In this document: positions 59,901 to 64,000 of the stretch, one piece after another | Numbering within the stretch: position 1 is the stretch's first letter | Layout of the letters: the number at the start of each line of letters is the position of its first letter | From: Phallusia mammillata | Lineage: Eukaryota | NCBI GenBank assembly: GCA_965637545.1 | Contig: OZ281498.1 | Coordinates: 5,518,001 to 5,582,000 of the forward strand | Direction of reading: 5' to 3' | Length of the DNA: 64,000 nt | Translations under genes and position numbers: made by a program | The notes under the pieces: model-generated | Told to the model about the DNA's origin: nothing | The model's input: the letters and a program-made list of their open reading frames with translations, nothing else | Databases searched by the model: none

Positions 59901-60150
59901 CGCAAAGTGTGGAGAAAATCTGTCGTAAGCCCTGGCGTATACAATCGAATAAATGCGGTATTTTTTTATTTTTTAAAGTTTGCTTTCCAAATAAATACGT
60001 AAAACTACTTTTATCATCAACACGATTTTAATGCGAACTTGTTTTCTACAGGCTCGGATTTTTTCTACCATTGTCGCCATATTTGCTCTCGTCATCACCT
60101 ACAAGAATTGGGACAATTTCGTAAACTGGTATATGGGTTCGCACAGATAA
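47927..60150 (+). CDS. TMCC: Transmembrane and coiled-coil domain family protein (TMCC/Tmemb_cc2), ~741 aa
   Basis: Exons 47927-48736, 49448-49568, 50261-50393, 51917-52064, 55076-55213 (or 55222), 56278-56398, 56980-57188, 57551-57660, 58333-58468, 59423-59623, 60052-60150, all in phase. Hallmark motifs [76 protein letters not shown], plus two C-terminal TMs. Confidence 0.95.
53602..53658 (+). CDS. Candidate alternative first coding exon of TMCC ([19 protein letters not shown])
   Basis: An ATG plus 18 further codons ends at a perfect G|GTAAGT donor in phase 0, compatible with TMCC exon 55076. Confidence 0.45.
53738..53985. mobile_element. hAT-type MITE, 248 bp
   Basis: TIRs CAGTGGTTCCCAA / TTGAGAACCACTG; TSD TGCTAGGG vs TGCTAGGT. 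A decayed relative lies at ~54717-54965. Confidence 0.8.
55415..55897. mobile_element. hAT-type MITE, 483 bp
   Basis: TIRs CAGTGGTTCACAACCT / AGGTTGGGAACCACTG; perfect TSD ACCTAGTG. Confidence 0.9.
56472..56757. mobile_element. Decayed hAT-type MITE
   Basis: Right end AAAAGGTTGCCGACTCCTG; degenerate left end CAGGTG; flanks AGTCTAAA / CTTCTAAA. Confidence 0.45.
56770..56900 (+). mobile_element. tRNA-derived SINE copy
   Basis: GGGTC-CCGGTAA-GACTC anticodon-like stem-loop, GTCGTGGGTTTGAATCC B-box, and the family tail CTACGCCTTGCCATGTGGGAATGCTTGG. Confidence 0.7.
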
Positions 60151-61947
60151 CGAATATCAACCAAACTGATACATGTTTTATTCCCTGCGTGCGGTTCGAA
60201 CTGGTATGGTACGGCCCGGGTGCCACATTTCGCCTGGGTCTTTTCCATTTTACCACTGTCCTCTTTGCGGTACAAACGGTACTCTTGCCGCTCGGTACTT
60301 CCCGGCACGTTTCACTTCGCTACTCGTTCCGGGATTCCTCCCGCGTTTTTTTTTATATTTATTCTCGCGGAATGCGACGACATGGCGCTTCTTAAGCCAG
60401 GAGATCCTTTTCGAAAGCAAATGATGTAGGTAACGTGTTTGCGGTTTATAGAGGTTAAGGCACGAAACCTTCTGTAGTTAAATGGTTTGCTGTGAAAAGT
60501 TGCGGCCGTGTCGTTCATGCATTGCGATCTAACCCACTAACTGTGATTTCATATTGATTCGTGTTTCAATGTGCGTGTTCAAGTTCGTTTACTATAGCGT
60601 ATTGGGGGTTTGACCTCTCAAGTCTCTAGTCAATGTTTACCAGGTGGTATGTCATTTGTTGTGAACCTTTTCCAGCAGCTTGGACGCCAGGCATATATTT
60701 CGGTGGTTGAACTTGTAACCTTTCCATCAATGCAAAGACCTGTGTGGGCACGCCTGAATACTGAGAATGATTTTGATCATCCAAACCCTTACCTTGCAAG
60801 ACTACCTTGCAAGTTGCAAGCTTTTGCCGACCGATGTATTTGTCTAGGCTTAATTATGGGCTGCAGTTTGTTTCAATAATTTTATTTTCTACTTTATTTA
60901 TGTTGACCTTCATTGTTATGATGTCAACATATAAGAGCATTGTATGGCTTTGGTGATTTGCCCTTTGAGTTTTACAGTGGGTCCATTTTTCTGCTGGATC
61001 ATTAATATGGCGGTGCCTTTTGCCCTCTTACCTATAATTGCGTGCAGCAAGCTGGCCTTGGTAGTTGGCTAACGCTAAAGGCAACACTCTTGCTGTGACG
61101 ACCACTGTGACTTTTAGGTGGTTTTGCTTGCCTCGCAATCTTTCTACAGTTTTCTTCTGGCGATTTTAGATTTTTATTGCCATGTTTGTTGCGTTAGGGA
61201 ATAAGAATAGGTTGTGAAATGCTGGGATCCAAAAGTTTGGACGTACGTATTTGCCGCGATCCTAGACATTGTATTTCGAATTTTTACATGTTGGAAGTTA
61301 AGAAAAAGAAATGTGCTACATCTAGTAGTTTAACCTTTCAAATACGAGTTATGCATTCCAAACACAATCTAATTACCGGCAACCAGCAACTATCGTACAA
61401 ATTTGCGTTGATGTATGAACAGAGATGCTGCTTTAACGGATAAAAATTTGATTGACTTTCACCGTACTAGTGCCAGTAAGGTATGCTAGTCGCATAGTTT
61501 TATTATGTTTTACCTTTTTGAAAAACAATACGTACTTATTGCGGCACTAAGCTTTGGTTTAAATAAATTTTCAGTATAATTTTGTACCACAATCGAACTC
61601 GCTAAGTATTTCGCTAACCGCTGCCTTTAACTTATAAATTACTAATTTTTTAACTCCATTTCTTAATGGATAGAAGCCAATATTCCGACGCATCCCGCTT
61701 TCTAAAGTGTTGCTGAATAAAACAATTTAATCGCTAAATCTTTTCATTGTATGTCCAAGCTGTTCAGGTCTTAAGGCTAAATTGTCAGATCTAATTAGAG
61801 TACTTCAAGATGACTGGAAACTAAATCTAAAGGAGTCAGATAATAAGATTTGAGAGTCATATTTGGTCTTTTTAGTCCCGCTCTAAACTCACAACGTATA
61901 AACTTCATTCATTTTAGCGTATCAGTTTGCAAAAAAAGCTTACCGCA

Positions 61948-62370
61948 GTGGTTCTCAAACTTTTTTCAAAAATGTTTTCTTTTAACGATCCCATTGCCAA
62001 TATCTCGAAGTTTTGCCGGGTTGAAGAGCTTTATGTATAACTTACATGAGCAGAACGAAAGATTATGTTAACAAATAGTAAAGTCGAATACCTACTTTCC
62101 ATAGCAAGATACAAAAATTATGCATACCTTTGGTATAACGGAAGTTTCACAGTATACGCCAGGCCCATTAAAGGCACCATACCAAATCAGCCGGTCATCA
62201 AACATTCCCCACCATATGGCAAGGCGTAGTCTACTTTAAATTGAAATTTTCATTAGCTCAAAGAGGCATAAAATATCAATTTGGAAAATCTTCAAGCTCT
62301 TGGTGGTCCCCGCAAACTTGCTTCACAGACCCCTAAGATGGGACCGCGGACCTCAGTTTGAGAACCGCTA
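61948..62370. mobile_element. hAT-type MITE containing a SINE tail fragment (minus strand, ~62195-62235)
   Basis: TIRs CAGTGGTTCTCAAACT / AGTTTGAGAACCGCTA; the internal CAAACATTCCCACCATATGGCAAGGCGTAG is the reverse complement of the SINE tail. No TSD match. Confidence 0.65.
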
Positions 62371-62411
62371 GCGTCAGCATTCATTTTCACGATGTTTCAG
62401 TTGATATAACA

Positions 62412-62968
62412 CAGGGGAGGCCAACTTGCCAGTCGTTAAGATCGACTAATTTTTTTCTCAATTGTACACGATCGACTGTTCAGTCGTAATTTAGGCTGCC
62501 GCTAACACAAAGCAATAACGCAAAGATTGACAATTGCCACATATTTATAGGCACGAGTTTTATTGGCAAGCATCACCTAGTTTTTACAACAATAAAACGT
62601 CGCATATGTATATAATTTGTATCTAAGTAGTCAGTGGGAACTTTTAAAGTTTTAAATCTCCCCAACCAATAGCAACCGCTTCGTTAACGCAAACACAGAA
62701 ATTGTGACGACAAACAGTGCAGTTGTTACGACATAATTTGGTGCCAAAATAACAATTGTTACGCAACAAAGAAAGTAACAATTACATAGGTATTGTCTTA
62801 TTGCACATTTGTGTGTTGTGTCAAAATGTCAGAAATGCTGTTTTATATTATTTAATTTGTTTTTCAATTAATAAGCTGTTGATTAGTAGTGGAGAACTTA
62901 GTGGCGATCTACCAGTCTAAAGCAGGCGATCGACCAGTCGATCGCGATCGACGTGTTGGCCACACCTG
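62412..62968. mobile_element. hAT-type MITE, 557 bp
   Basis: TIRs CAGGGGAGGCCAAC / GTTGGCCACACCTG; perfect TSD ATATAACA at 62404-62411 and 62969-62976; GATCGA subterminal repeats. Confidence 0.9.
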
Positions 62969-63177
62969 ATATAACACAAGCAAACAAAATTTTCTACCTA
63001 TAACTTGGTATGACTGATTCCTTCTTCCACTATAATGGCAAACTTGCTATTGGACACAAACAGCTTTCAGGTTGTTTTAAAAAAAGTTCTGGTTCGTATC
63101 GGCTTTCGAACTTGTGCTTGAGAAAAGTTTAGAAATGGACAAACAAAGATGGTTAGCCACATTATTAACTTCACAGC

Positions 63178-63522
63178 TGTAACGGACAGTAACGCTCCCC
63201 TACAACAAAAACCTTTCCCGCCGTTGCAACCATCACACCATACATGTATTGTTACGTCATAACTGCCGACCTTGTGTGTGTCCTACTTTCACAGTTTCCT
63301 TCGTTCCACACGTGTAGTGTGGTAAGTCTTTCAGCAGTATTTAAGTTGTACTGTATGTATTTAATTTCGCTGTATTGGACAAGTTTATGTTATATAAGTT
63401 GCATTGTTTGGACTGTTTGGTAATTGTGACGTTTTTTGGTTATATTTGGTTTAGGTGGCAAAAAATCCGTTTTAAATCACTGAAAATAAAGTGCATCTGA
63501 AACCGGCTATCTTATTCTGACA
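63178..63522 (+). mobile_element. Putative 5' LTR of a BEL/Pao-like retrotransposon
   Basis: Begins TGTAACGG, has AATAAA at ~63485-63490, ends ...CTGACA, and lies ~90 bp upstream of a gag-like ORF. The partner LTR is outside the window, so boundaries are inferred. Confidence 0.55.
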
Positions 63523-63615
63523 GTCAAGAGACTGTAAGGTAGAATTAGCGAGAAGGCTTGAATTCGACATCATTTAAAACGGTTTTGCTTTGCTGTGGCA
63601 ATAGTCCTCAGAGAA

Positions 63616-64000
63616 ATGTCTGATGAAAGAGAGAATGTTCCTTCTACATCGCAGGAACTGTTTGACGTGATTGATGTTGTCAGGCAAGAAACAACTAACG
63701 AAGGCGCCCCGTCTGTTAAAGGTTCTGTGCGAAGTGTCAAGGGCACTGCCAGTGCGAGTGCTCGCCGTGAAGCCGAAGCTGCAGCATTGAGGCTGGAACA
63801 ACTTAAACGGCGATGTGCTCTTAGGTCCAAGGCGTTGGACATGGAACTGGACCTGAAAGCCAGAAAACAAAATTTGGAAATGGAGCTCGAATTGGAGTTA
63901 GACAAAGCCCAAGAAGAATTCGAGTTGGCCGGCCGAGTTTGCTGCTGATACAGTAAGCGAGTCTGACTCATGTGAGTCTTCACATGGATGGGATCATACC
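63616..64000 (+). pseudogene. gag-like N-terminus of a BEL/Pao-like element, frameshifted, running off the window
   Basis: Unspliced ORF MSDERENVPSTSQE...SVRSVKGTASASARREAEAAALRLEQLKRR...ELELELDK, with a Ser-rich then coiled-coil pattern I recognise from BEL/Pao gag starts. It stops at 63948, but another frame stays open to 64000. Confidence 0.6.

Noticed and set aside
60600-61190. Partly open minus-strand frames downstream of TMCC
   Set aside because: There is no consistent start or splice chain and no recognisable motif; probably 3'UTR or an old repeat.
63570-63983. Minus-strand ORFs of 137 and 98 aa
   Set aside because: They are antisense shadows of the gag-like ORF.

Overview
Eukaryotic, AT-rich, small-intron genomic DNA. 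My inference is an ascidian/tunicate, based on gene content and architecture; this is not verified. Seven spliced gene models were reconstructed by hand from phase-compatible exons. (1) A complete 41-exon complement C3 gene (+, 1003-17929, ~1713 aa; thioester GCGEQ, catalytic HQE, ANATO, C345C). (2) A type II membrane single-EGF protein. (3) A CUB-TM protein with PPxY motifs. (4) A Sulfotransfer_4-like enzyme. (5) A 16-exon secreted SRCR-LDLa2-PAN-LDLa-SRCR-trypsin mosaic protease (-). (6) A ~300-aa orphan (-). (7) A TMCC family gene. There is also a 4-exon orphan fragment that may be a TMCC 5' extension. Introns and intergenic DNA carry many hAT-type MITEs (8-bp TSDs), a 9-bp-TSD MITE, a tRNA-derived SINE family, an intron-retaining tRNA-like retrocopy, and the 5' end of a frameshifted BEL/Pao-like LTR element at the right edge. 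The most interesting signals are two extra furin-consensus RKRR sites in C3, which could excise the anaphylatoxin and nick C345C, and a protease with factor-I-like modules 12 kb from C3. No CRISPR, rRNA or intact tRNA gene is supported. All family assignments come from motif recognition, not database searches.
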